NCBI GenBank assembly: GCA_963840855.1
Contig: CAWJBB010000031.1
Span: forward strand, 1 to 64,000
Direction: 5' to 3'
Source of the DNA: an uncultured delta proteobacterium
GTDB lineage: Bacteria; Desulfobacterota; Binatia; UBA9968
DNA: 64,000 nt
The translations under genes and the position numbers were made by a program. Below the pieces are notes generated by a model, which was not told the DNA's origin, did not search any database, and saw only the letters and a list, made by a program, of their open reading frames with translations. How positions within the stretch are numbered: the first letter of the stretch is position 1; the number at the start of each line of letters is the position of its first letter. Positions 42,300 through 50,705 of this stretch are shown here, in pieces.

Positions 42300-43511
42300 A
42301 TGCAGCAGGTACTGAAAGATTGTCTCAGTGGAAAGTTGCTGAGCCGTTCTGAGGCTATAATGCTTTCTTCCACTGATGGCGATAACTTGCAGGCCCTTAT
42401 TGCCGCCGCGGCGGAACTGCGCGACCGCCATAAAGGTCGCGTGGTGACTTTCTCGCCGAAAGTTTTCGTGCCGTTGACCAATCTGTGCCGCGACTTTTGC
42501 GGCTATTGCACTTTCCGCAAAGCTCCCGACGAACCGGGCGTGAAGACGATGACGTTGGAAGAGGTGCTCAGCGTCGTCGAGCAAGGAAAGCTGCTCGGTT
42601 GCACCGAGGTACTTTTCAGCCTTGGCGACAAGCCCGAAGCGATTTATCCCGAGATGAAACAATTCTTGACAGAGCGCGGCCACCAACGCACCCTCGATTA
42701 TCTCCACGAGGCATGCCGTGCCGTCGTGGAGGAAACCGGGCTTCTGCCGCACTCGAATCCCGGCATAATGGGCAAGGGCGACTTGCGGCGCCTACGGGAA
42801 GTCAACGCCAGCATGGGACTGATGCTCGAGAGCGTCAGTGACCGCTTGCTGTTGCCTGGTGGCGCCCATGACAACGCGCCGGATAAGACGCCGGCGCTGA
42901 GGCTGCGCACGATGGATGAGGCAGGGAAACTCCGAATCCCGTTCACCACCGGTATTCTCATCGGCATCGGCGAGAGCTGGGCGGAGCGCGTCGAATCGCT
43001 GTTTGCGATCCGCGATTTGCATGAACGGTACGGCCATATTCAAGAGGTCATCATTCAAAATTTTCGCGCCAAGCCAACGATTCCGATGCGCGGCCATGCC
43101 GACGCGACCCGAGACGACATGGTCAAGACCATCGCGTTGGCGAGGCTGATTTTCGGCGGTGCGATGAATCTGCAAGCACCGCCCAATTTGACGCCCGAGG
43201 GCTACGAGCTTTACCTGGAAGCCGGTCTTAACGACTGGGGCGGCGTGTCGCCGTTGACTCCCGACTTTATCAACCCCGAGGCGCCGTGGCCGGCGTTGCA
43301 ACGCCTGGAAGAAAAAAGCGCCGAAGCGGGATTCCAACTCAGAGCCCGCTTGCCGGTGTATCCGGAGTTCCTCGTTCAGGCAGACAAGTTCCTGTCTTCG
43401 TCCATGCGCTCCCACGTTGAACGCCTGTGCGACGCCGACGGTTATGTGAAACACGGCGGGCCGCTGCGCTTTTTAGCATCACTCCAATACTCCAGCACTC
43501 CAATCCTCTGA
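42300..43511 (+). CDS. cofG: FO synthase subunit CofG (radical SAM)
   Basis: VTFSPKVFVPLTNLCRDFCGYC, GLLPHSNPG, QEVIIQNF, NDWGGVSP. Start may be GTG 42246. Confidence 0.92.
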   Translation: MQQVLKDCLSGKLLSRSEAIMLSSTDGDNLQALIAAAAELRDRHKGRVVTFSPKVFVPLTNLCRDFCGYCTFRKAPDEPGVKTMTLEEVLSVVEQGKLLGCTEVLFSLGDKPEAIYPEMKQFLTERGHQRTLDYLHEACRAVVEETGLLPHSNPGIMGKGDLRRLREVNASMGLMLESVSDRLLLPGGAHDNAPDKTPALRLRTMDEAGKLRIPFTTGILIGIGESWAERVESLFAIRDLHERYGHIQEVIIQNFRAKPTIPMRGHADATRDDMVKTIALARLIFGGAMNLQAPPNLTPEGYELYLEAGLNDWGGVSPLTPDFINPEAPWPALQRLEEKSAEAGFQLRARLPVYPEFLVQADKFLSSSMRSHVERLCDADGYVKHGGPLRFLASLQYSSTPIL

Positions 43512-43522
43512 AGCGTCTTCTT

Positions 43523-44449
43523 ATGTTAGTCGTTCTTACCGGCGGCACGGGAGGCGCCAAGCTCATCGAAGGTCTCGCCGCGGAAATGGACCCTGCGCAG
43601 CTCACGGTCATCTGTAACACGGGGGACGACTCAGTGTTTCACGGCCTCTATGTTGCGCCGGATATCGACACCATCACATACACGCTGGGCGGATTGAACG
43701 ACCGTGAAAAGGGCTGGGGCATTCAGGGCGACACGTTCACGGTGCTGGAACAGCTGCGGCGGCTGGGAAACGACGCCTGGTTCAATCTCGGCGATAAGGA
43801 TTTCGCGACCCATATCACCCGCACTCGCCTCATGGCGGAGGGGTTGACGCTATCCCAGGTGACGGAGCGCATTCGCGCAGCCCTCGGCGTTAAGGCGACT
43901 ATCTTGCCCATGTCGAACGAGCGAATCGAAACTCGGGTCGTGACTCCCGAAGGCGAGATCTCTTTTCAGGAGTTCTTCGTGAAAGAACGCTGGTCGCGCG
44001 CTGTCAAGGCGGTTCATTTTGCCGGCGCCGAGCGCTGCGAACCGGCGCCGGGAGTGCTTAGTGCGATCCGCCAGTCGACCGCGGTTGTGATTGCGCCGAG
44101 CAATCCGATCACGAGCATCGGGCCGATCCTGGCCGTATCCGATATTCGCAAAGCGTTGCGCCATTCCGTCGTCACCGTAGTCGGTGTCAGTCCGATCATC
44201 GGCGGGGCCGCGATCAGTGGACCGGCGCACAAGCTCATGGCCGCCCAAGGCCTGGAGCCCACCGCGTTCGGCGTGGCCGATGGTTATCGCGATTTGCTGA
44301 ACCGGTTCGTCATTGATAGCGAAGACCGTGGACTGCGGCACAGGATCGAGAGCTTGGGCATTCGCGTCGTCGAAACTTCCATCCGCATGACGTCCCTGTC
44401 CGACAAGCGGCGCCTGGCGCGTGAGGTTTTGGCGTTGATTGAAAAATAG
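43523..44449 (+). CDS. cofD: 2-phospho-L-lactate transferase
   Basis: LTGGTGGAK, NTGDD, PDIDT, WFNLGDKD, FQEFFV, PSNPITSIGPI. Confidence 0.93.
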   Translation: MLVVLTGGTGGAKLIEGLAAEMDPAQLTVICNTGDDSVFHGLYVAPDIDTITYTLGGLNDREKGWGIQGDTFTVLEQLRRLGNDAWFNLGDKDFATHITRTRLMAEGLTLSQVTERIRAALGVKATILPMSNERIETRVVTPEGEISFQEFFVKERWSRAVKAVHFAGAERCEPAPGVLSAIRQSTAVVIAPSNPITSIGPILAVSDIRKALRHSVVTVVGVSPIIGGAAISGPAHKLMAAQGLEPTAFGVADGYRDLLNRFVIDSEDRGLRHRIESLGIRVVETSIRMTSLSDKRRLAREVLALIEK

Positions 44450-44477
44450 TGCTACAGGAAATGCTTTCGGCACGGCA

Positions 44478-45167
44478 ATGAACGTAACCGCTCTTATCCC
44501 CGTCAAAGGGTTCCGCAACGCGAAGCAGCGCTTGAGCCCGCTGTTGGGCGCGGCGGAACGCGAAGTCTTGGCGGAAACCATGTTCCGCGACGTTCTGCGC
44601 GAGGTTCTACTGGCGCGCGGCTTGGCCGCGACGTTCGTCGTCACCGGCGATGACAGGGCCGCTGAGATCGCGGCCTCGTGCAGAGCCGAGGTGATTCGCG
44701 AGCCCGCCGAAGGCGGCGAGACAGACGCCGTCAATTTCGCGCGCGCGGTATTGCAGCGGGCCGGGCGGGAAGCGGTCTTGATTCTGCCGGGCGACATGCC
44801 GCTGGTGCGCAGCGCGGATATAGAGCAGATGCTGGCGCAAGTTCCCGGCGCGGCGATCCCGCCTTTCGCGCTGTTGGTTCCGTCCCACGACTGGATGGGT
44901 ACCAATGCTTTGCTGTTGGCGCCGCCGGAAATCATAAAATTGCGCTTCGGTTACGACAGCTTCAACTTTCACATGAGCCAGGTCGCGGCGCGGGGGTTGC
45001 CGCTACGCTATATCGAAAACGAGCGCATCGCCTTGGACATCGACGAGCCGAAGGATCTGGAACGACTTCTGTCTTTCAACGATGACGCGGCAGAATCGAC
45101 GCGCGTCGCCCGCGCTCTGATGGCGCAACATGAAGCGGAACGCACGCGGCGCTCCGGAGGACTATGA
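44478..45167 (+). CDS. cofC: 2-phospho-L-lactate/PEP guanylyltransferase
   Basis: IPVK..AKQRL, PGDMP, GTNALL, FGYDSF, DIDEPKDL. Confidence 0.9.
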   Translation: MNVTALIPVKGFRNAKQRLSPLLGAAEREVLAETMFRDVLREVLLARGLAATFVVTGDDRAAEIAASCRAEVIREPAEGGETDAVNFARAVLQRAGREAVLILPGDMPLVRSADIEQMLAQVPGAAIPPFALLVPSHDWMGTNALLLAPPEIIKLRFGYDSFNFHMSQVAARGLPLRYIENERIALDIDEPKDLERLLSFNDDAAESTRVARALMAQHEAERTRRSGGL

Positions 45168-45913
45168 AGCGGCTCGAGCTGATCGGCCTGGAAGGCATTA
45201 GCGAGGTGGTCTCTGGCGACTCCGTCGGCCAATTGATATGCGCGGCCTGCGCCAGGGAAGGCGTTGCGCTTTCAGACGACGATGTTTTGGTGATCGCGCA
45301 AAAAATCGTCTCCAAAGCCGAAGGGCAATTGGTCGATCTCGCGCAGGTGCAGCCGTCGGCGCGCGCCGTAGAATTGGCTCGGCAATTGGATAAGGAGCCG
45401 GCGCTGGTGGAAGTGATTCTCAACGAAAGCCGGGGGATTGTCAGAAGCGGCGGCCGGGCGCTGGTGGTGGAGACGCATCATGGTTTTATCTGCGCCAACG
45501 CCGGCGTCGATCAATCAAATGTCGGCAAGAATCACGTGGCGCTCTTACCCAAAGACCCCGACGGTTCGGCGCGGCGCATTCGCGAGGAGATTCGTAAGCA
45601 GACCGGCAAGCAGCCCGCTGTCATTATCAGCGACAGTTTCGGCCGGCCCTGGCGGGTAGGGACGGTCGATATCGCCGTCGGCATTGCCGGCATGAAAGCG
45701 ATCAAAGACGAACGCGGACTGCACGATCGCCACGGCTACCAGCTCAAGGCCGCCGTAGCGGCCATCGCCGACGAAATCGCGGCGGCGGCGGAATTGGTGA
45801 TGGGCAAACGCGACGGCGTCCCCGTCGTCGTCGTTAGAGGATGTGAAACGGAAAAGGAGGCAGGAACGGCGAAAGATCTACTTCGGCCCATAGCCGAGGA
45901 CCTCTTTCGCTAG
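45164..45913 (+). CDS. cofE: Coenzyme F420-0:L-glutamate ligase
   Basis: QKIVSKAEG, CANAGVDQSN, DSFGRPWR, ADEIAAAAELVMG, EDLFR. Confidence 0.93.
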   Translation: MKRLELIGLEGISEVVSGDSVGQLICAACAREGVALSDDDVLVIAQKIVSKAEGQLVDLAQVQPSARAVELARQLDKEPALVEVILNESRGIVRSGGRALVVETHHGFICANAGVDQSNVGKNHVALLPKDPDGSARRIREEIRKQTGKQPAVIISDSFGRPWRVGTVDIAVGIAGMKAIKDERGLHDRHGYQLKAAVAAIADEIAAAAELVMGKRDGVPVVVVRGCETEKEAGTAKDLLRPIAEDLFR

Positions 45914-45926
45914 CTCGCAATGAGTT

Positions 45927-46589
45927 ATGGATGATCTGAATATAGCTATCGTGGGCGGCACTGGGAATCTTGGCAGCGCCCTGGCTCTGCGCCTCGGCGC
46001 GCCGGGGGTCAAAGTGATCATCGGCTCCCGCGACGCGCAAAAGGCGCAGACCGTTGTCGAGACGCTCAAACCGAAAATGCGCGCCGGCGAGCTGCAGGGA
46101 ACAACCAATCAACAAGCGGTGCAAGACGCCAACTTCGTGGTGATCGCGGTTCCCTATGAAGGCCAAGCGCAAATGATCCAAGACCTGAAGGGACAGGTGG
46201 CGGGAAAGATCATCATCGATGCCGTCGTGCCGCTCAAGAAAGTTAAACCATTCGTGCCCCCGGCCGGGTCGGCGTTGCAGGAAGCGCAGCAGATTTTGGG
46301 CGACGAGGCGCCGGTGATCGGCGCCCTGCATAACATTTCAGCCGTCGATCTTGGCGACGTCGAGTCGTCCCTGGGCGATGTTCTCGTCTGCGGCGACGAC
46401 GCGGACGCCAAGCAGAAAGTCATGGACATTATTCGCCGTATCGGCGCGCGCGCCTTTGACGGCGGCCCGGCGTCCAACGCCTACGTCATCGAGGGGATCA
46501 CCGGCGTCATCATTTATTTGAACCGTAAGTACAAGTCGAAGCATGGCAGCATCAAGATCACAGGAATCGACGAAACGATCGCGCGTTAG
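45927..46589 (+). CDS. npdG: NADPH-dependent F420 reductase
   Basis: GGTGNLG, GSRD, AVPY, LNRKYK; last gene of the cof cluster. Confidence 0.88.
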   Translation: MDDLNIAIVGGTGNLGSALALRLGAPGVKVIIGSRDAQKAQTVVETLKPKMRAGELQGTTNQQAVQDANFVVIAVPYEGQAQMIQDLKGQVAGKIIIDAVVPLKKVKPFVPPAGSALQEAQQILGDEAPVIGALHNISAVDLGDVESSLGDVLVCGDDADAKQKVMDIIRRIGARAFDGGPASNAYVIEGITGVIIYLNRKYKSKHGSIKITGIDETIAR

Positions 46590-46805
46590 AGAACATCGCA
46601 GAGCTATGTGTATAAGCGCCTGAAAATTCTCTCGTGGAAGGCTGCATGACCTGTGCAGTGCTCAGGTGCATCAACCTTCCGAAATAGGCCATTCCTCGGG
46701 CTTCCGGCCAGCATGCCAAACCTAGTCTAACTGACTGATTTTTCATTGTTTCTTCTGAAATAGCCAAATGACTTGCGATGCCCTCTACCCGGGCTCGCCC
46801 GCAAG

Positions 46806-46834
46806 TTAACCTTTTCCATTTTTTATCGTCTAAC
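46806..46834 (+). promoter_or_regulatory. ECF-type promoter upstream of the ECF sigma gene
   Basis: TTAAC-N16-CGTCTAAC, with identical boxes at 48622-48650. Confidence 0.7.
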
Positions 46835-46889
46835 GTGGTATAGACCGAGCCCAATGAGTGCTTGAAAGCAGGGTAGGCCCATCGACGCA

Positions 46890-47474
46890 TTGACAAATAA
46901 CCCGCTCCCAGAGGATCTTCCTGATGAGGAGATTGTGGCTTTTTGCCAGCGCGGGGAGACGAAATATTTCGAGATTCTGGTGCGGCGCTATATGGAAAAG
47001 GCATTTCACATCGCCTTGAATTTCACGCGCAACACGGAGGAAGCTAAGGACCTCTCCCAGGACGCCTTTCTGCGGGCTTTCACGCGCATAAAACAGTTCG
47101 ATGGCAGATCGAGTTTTTATACCTGGTTTTACCGATTGGTCGTGAATATTTGCTTAGACTTCACGCGCCGAAAGAATAAGATAGGTTGGGAATCGCTCGA
47201 AGCCACGAGCGAAGGCGCGCCGGAACGCGCCGAGCTGACCGATGTATCGTCGCTGCCGGAGGACGTGACGATGGCCCGAGAAGCCAAACGCCGCGCCGAC
47301 CGGACTCTGGAAACCATGCCGAACAAACAGCGCACGGCTTTTCTACTGCGGAATCATCAAGGACTCTCGATCGCCGATATCGCGAAGGTGATGAAAACCA
47401 CAGAAGCTACGGTGCGCGTTTATTTGCACCGCGCCGTATCGGCGCTCAGGCAGAGCTTGTTGGAATTTGTTTAA
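46890..47474 (+). CDS. ECF RNA polymerase sigma factor
   Basis: EAKDLSQDAF, SFYTWFYRLVVN, region-4 HTH (LSIADIAKVM...TVRVYLHRA). Confidence 0.92.
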   Translation: MTNNPLPEDLPDEEIVAFCQRGETKYFEILVRRYMEKAFHIALNFTRNTEEAKDLSQDAFLRAFTRIKQFDGRSSFYTWFYRLVVNICLDFTRRKNKIGWESLEATSEGAPERAELTDVSSLPEDVTMAREAKRRADRTLETMPNKQRTAFLLRNHQGLSIADIAKVMKTTEATVRVYLHRAVSALRQSLLEFV

Positions 47475-47485
47475 GGGGAATCGTC

Positions 47486-48025
47486 ATGAGTGAACGTCGT
47501 AGCGCATTGGAAAACGCCTGCGCAGAGTTTGAAGCGGACCTGGTGCTGTATTATTACGGCGAGGGCCAGGACGCCGAACGGCGCCGGGTTGCGAGCCATC
47601 TTGAAACCTGCCAGCGTTGTGTCCGCTTCATGGATGACTTGAACGGTTTACTGCCACAGATGTCGAAAACGACTGAGTTGCCACAAAATTTTTGGGATAA
47701 CTATTATCGTGAAGTGGTCCACAAGCTGAACCAGGAGCGTGAAGGGATATCTTGGTGGCGCAGCTTGATTCCGTCTTTCGGTGGTTGGACGATACCCGCG
47801 TTTGGCACTGCCGTCGTGGTCGTGCTCGCAGTGGCCCTGGTTTTTGGCAAAGGCGATTGGAGTGTGCGCTCGAATGCAATCCAGCAGGAGAACATCCCCC
47901 AGGAAATATTGTCCGACTCCGGCCGCTTGGAATTCTTCAATTCCCTGGACATGTTAGAGTCCTTGCCGGCGCTGGAAAACATGGACGGATCGAAGCGGGA
48001 GTCAGTTGAGGTTCGTAGTCTTTAG
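47486..48025 (+). CDS. zf-HC2 transmembrane anti-sigma factor
   Basis: HLETCQRC, single TM, directly after the sigma gene. Confidence 0.85.
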   Translation: MSERRSALENACAEFEADLVLYYYGEGQDAERRRVASHLETCQRCVRFMDDLNGLLPQMSKTTELPQNFWDNYYREVVHKLNQEREGISWWRSLIPSFGGWTIPAFGTAVVVVLAVALVFGKGDWSVRSNAIQQENIPQEILSDSGRLEFFNSLDMLESLPALENMDGSKRESVEVRSL

Positions 48026-48065
48026 GAACTAATCTAAAATAACGACTCGTTCACGAACAGCAATC

Positions 48066-48368
48066 ATGAAGCCGGATAGAAACATAGCGATTAGGATCTT
48101 AAAAAAGGCCTGCGCGGCTTTGGCCCTCGGCCTTTTACTTCTGCAGCCCCTTTCCGGCTGGGCCCTCGACGGCGGAGACAACTGGCGAAACTTGAGCCCT
48201 AAGGAACGCGAGAACATCCAGAAAAACTATCGGCGCTGGCAGAATCTGCCGCCGCAAGATAAAGAGCACCTGCGCGAGGAGTGGGACCGGTGGCAAAACC
48301 TGCCGAAGGATCGCCGCGACCAGCTAAAAAATCGCTACAATGATTTGCGCCGGCGCCGCCAGCAATGA
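48066..48368 (+). CDS. DUF3106-like periplasmic protein
   Basis: Signal peptide and three W(R/Q)NL(S/P)P-like repeats. Confidence 0.75.
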   Translation: MKPDRNIAIRILKKACAALALGLLLLQPLSGWALDGGDNWRNLSPKERENIQKNYRRWQNLPPQDKEHLREEWDRWQNLPKDRRDQLKNRYNDLRRRRQQ

Positions 48369-48621
48369 TTGAATCCGTCGCTCGCGAGCGAGGCGCGGCG
48401 ATCGCAAATCAGCTGCTTCGCTTGATTCTGAATTAAAACGCTTTCGTCTTTCGATCCACCGCCGAAGCACTGCCTTTCCGTCTTGGATGTTCTTTTAGTT
48501 TCACGCCTCCCAGAATTTTCCATATCTCGCTCATTCATCACGCCTTACTCCAACATCGGGATTGAGAAGCTCGCGGCCCGTCGCGGCATGATTGCGACCG
48601 GGTAACCAAAGTCATCCCAAA

Positions 48622-48650
48622 TTAACAACTGTTGTCGCACCGCGTCTAAC
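48622..48650 (+). promoter_or_regulatory. Second copy of the ECF promoter
   Basis: TTAAC-N16-CGTCTAAC followed by RBS AAGGAG and ATG 48673. Confidence 0.7.
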
Positions 48651-48672
48651 CGAATTAGAAAGGAGACCCAAA

Positions 48673-49032
48673 ATGAAAATCGCGGTTCCAGCACTTGTGT
48701 TAGCAGCGCTACTATTTCCCGCCGCGAGCTTCGCCCGTGACGACTACCGTGGGCCTGCGAGGCAGAGTTCTGCCCAGGAAAACTTCGTGCGCCAGCATCC
48801 GCGCAGTCCGAGCTCATATTGTCATAGACACCAGGTCCGTTTGCATCCGGACGATAAGCGACGCCATTGCCACAACTGGGACAAGGAATCCTGGCGGCGG
48901 GAGTATTTTGCGTTGGGAAACGGATCCGACGATTGGCGCCGCGATGACCGCCGAGACCGACCATGGGAAAGGGATCGATATGACGCCGGACGCTATCGGC
49001 GTAGCGGTTGGTGGGGACCCGGCTTGGATTAA
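48673..49032 (+). CDS. Small secreted Arg/Asp/His/Trp-rich protein
   Basis: RBS AAGGAG, signal peptide ending ASFA, CHRH...HCH pair. Confidence 0.7.
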   Translation: MKIAVPALVLAALLFPAASFARDDYRGPARQSSAQENFVRQHPRSPSSYCHRHQVRLHPDDKRRHCHNWDKESWRREYFALGNGSDDWRRDDRRDRPWERDRYDAGRYRRSGWWGPGLD

Positions 49033-49080
49033 GCGCCAATGGGCGAGTCTTGAACTCGATTCATTCCAAAGTAGATGTCC

Positions 49081-49248
49081 ATGAAGACTTTAGCGATAGG
49101 AATGTTATTTGTGGCGGCCCTAGTTTCGGTGCACGGATGTCACTGGCGCCACCGGCGCGATTATCGTGATTACAGCTACAACAGTTACCATAACGGCGAT
49201 CATTACGTTCGCAACCAGCAGGCCTCGGTCGTGGACCGAGATTCCTAG
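49081..49248 (+). CDS. Small His/Tyr/Arg-rich putative lipoprotein (55 aa), not in ORF track
   Basis: MKTLAIGMLFVAALVSVHGC-HWRHRRDYRDYSYNSYHNGDHY... Confidence 0.55.
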   Translation: MKTLAIGMLFVAALVSVHGCHWRHRRDYRDYSYNSYHNGDHYVRNQQASVVDRDS

Positions 49249-49512
49249 AGCGGTCATTTTACGTCGGTTTCAAACTTCAACGTCGCGGTTCGCGGCTTGG
49301 CTAACAGAACGTGGTAAAATCCTCTCGTAGCATGAACAATGCAGCCAAGTCGGCGAGCCGCGCTCACATGGCATAGTAAGCAGCGCAGTTATCCCAGAGA
49401 ATTTTTCGTTTGTCGACTTCGTTGATCGGTAACTTGAGAAAGTGATTCACGGCCTCGGGATACTTGGAGTCGCCGTGGGGATAATCAGTCTGGGCGTAAA
49501 TCCTGCGCAGCA

Positions 49513-49678
49513 TCAGCCAGTCATATGCTTCGTCATCGTTTTTCCTTTCCGCGCGGTGGTGCGATCACAGTCCGCCAAGAGCTCCTCCTGGCTATGCTCC
49601 GCGCACCCTGCGGAAGCACTCGCGCAGCTCCTGTGTGAAAAGAGCCGGCTGCTCGAAGGCGGCGACGTGGTCGTCCTT
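49513..49678 (-). pseudogene. Remnants of an epoxide hydrolase C-terminus and a second DUF899 N-terminus
   Basis: 49592-49678 reads KDDHVAAFEQPALFTQELRECFRRVRGA*; 49513-49536 is RBS plus MTKHMTG*. Confidence 0.5.
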
Positions 49679-49680
49679 CT

Positions 49681-50484
49681 TTAGCTCGTTTTCGCCTCTG
49701 CATCGCGCTTTCGAAAGGCGGCTTCTCCAGCGTCGGACACCTCGACCCACTTCGGGTCAGGCGAGGCCTCGGCATCGTAGTTGTCGTGCCAGTTCCACCA
49801 CTTGTATGGTGGGGTCTGCGGGTAGCCCTCCGGCGAGTCCTCCCACTCCTCCTGGCGCCCCAGCGCAGTGATGTCGAGATAGTTCCAGGTGCTCCCCATC
49901 TGCTCGTCGCCGCGGTTGTTGATGAAGTAGGTGCGGAACACCTTGTCGCCATCGCGGATGAAGGCGTTCGTGCCGTGCCACTCGTCCACGCCGAAGTCGG
50001 TGTCGAAACTGTCCCTGATGGTGTACCACGGCATCGTCCAGCCCATTCGTGCCTTCAGGCGCTCGATGTCCGTCTGCGCCGCGCGCGAGGCGAACGCGAG
50101 CGTGGTATCGCGCGCGTTCAGATGGGCTACGTGGGCGACCTGGTCAGCCACGAAGGAGCAGCCGCGGCAGGCATGTTCGGGCCAGCCGAACACCCCGGGC
50201 TCGAAGAAGGCGCGATAGATGATCAACTGCCTGCGGCCCTCGAACAGGTCGAGCAGGCTAACCTTACCCTTGGGCCCGTCGAACTCGTACTTCTTCTCCA
50301 CCGCCATCCACGGCATCCGTCGACGCTCGGCTGCCAGCGCATCACGGGAGCGGGTCAAGGCCTTCTCCTTCACGAGGAGCTGCTGGCGCGCAGTCTCCCA
50401 CTCCTGCTGCGACACGATCGGGGGTGTCTTAATCGCGAGATGTCCTTTCGGGTGCTCCTTGTCTCTCTCTTTGCTTGTTGCCAT
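49681..50484 (-). CDS. DUF899 (thioredoxin-like) protein
   Basis: EKALTRSRDALAAERRRMPW, LLDLFEGRRQLI, CRGCS, LDITALGRQEEWEDSPEGYPQ. Confidence 0.88.
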   Translation of the reverse strand: MATSKERDKEHPKGHLAIKTPPIVSQQEWETARQQLLVKEKALTRSRDALAAERRRMPWMAVEKKYEFDGPKGKVSLLDLFEGRRQLIIYRAFFEPGVFGWPEHACRGCSFVADQVAHVAHLNARDTTLAFASRAAQTDIERLKARMGWTMPWYTIRDSFDTDFGVDEWHGTNAFIRDGDKVFRTYFINNRGDEQMGSTWNYLDITALGRQEEWEDSPEGYPQTPPYKWWNWHDNYDAEASPDPKWVEVSDAGEAAFRKRDAEAKTS

Positions 50485-50705
50485 CTTATTTCTCCTTTGT
50501 TTTCTGAAACAGACCGAGACGATTCGCTCTGAAAAATCTTCTGAACTTGCCGATGCACACCGCCAGAATCCCTCCCGTGGATCCGGCTCCGGCGACCATT
50601 ACTGCTGTGGATCGCCCGCCCGTGCGATGCTAGATCTATCTCATGACTAGCACCGAGCGCGGGAGTTACAATGAGGGTGGGAGTTACAAATATGACGGGA
50701 TTCCG

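Noticed and set aside
46636-46680. Hairpin GGAAGG...CCTTCC after npdG as an sRNA
   Set aside because: A single stem-loop with no U-tract or promoter evidence; not enough to call.
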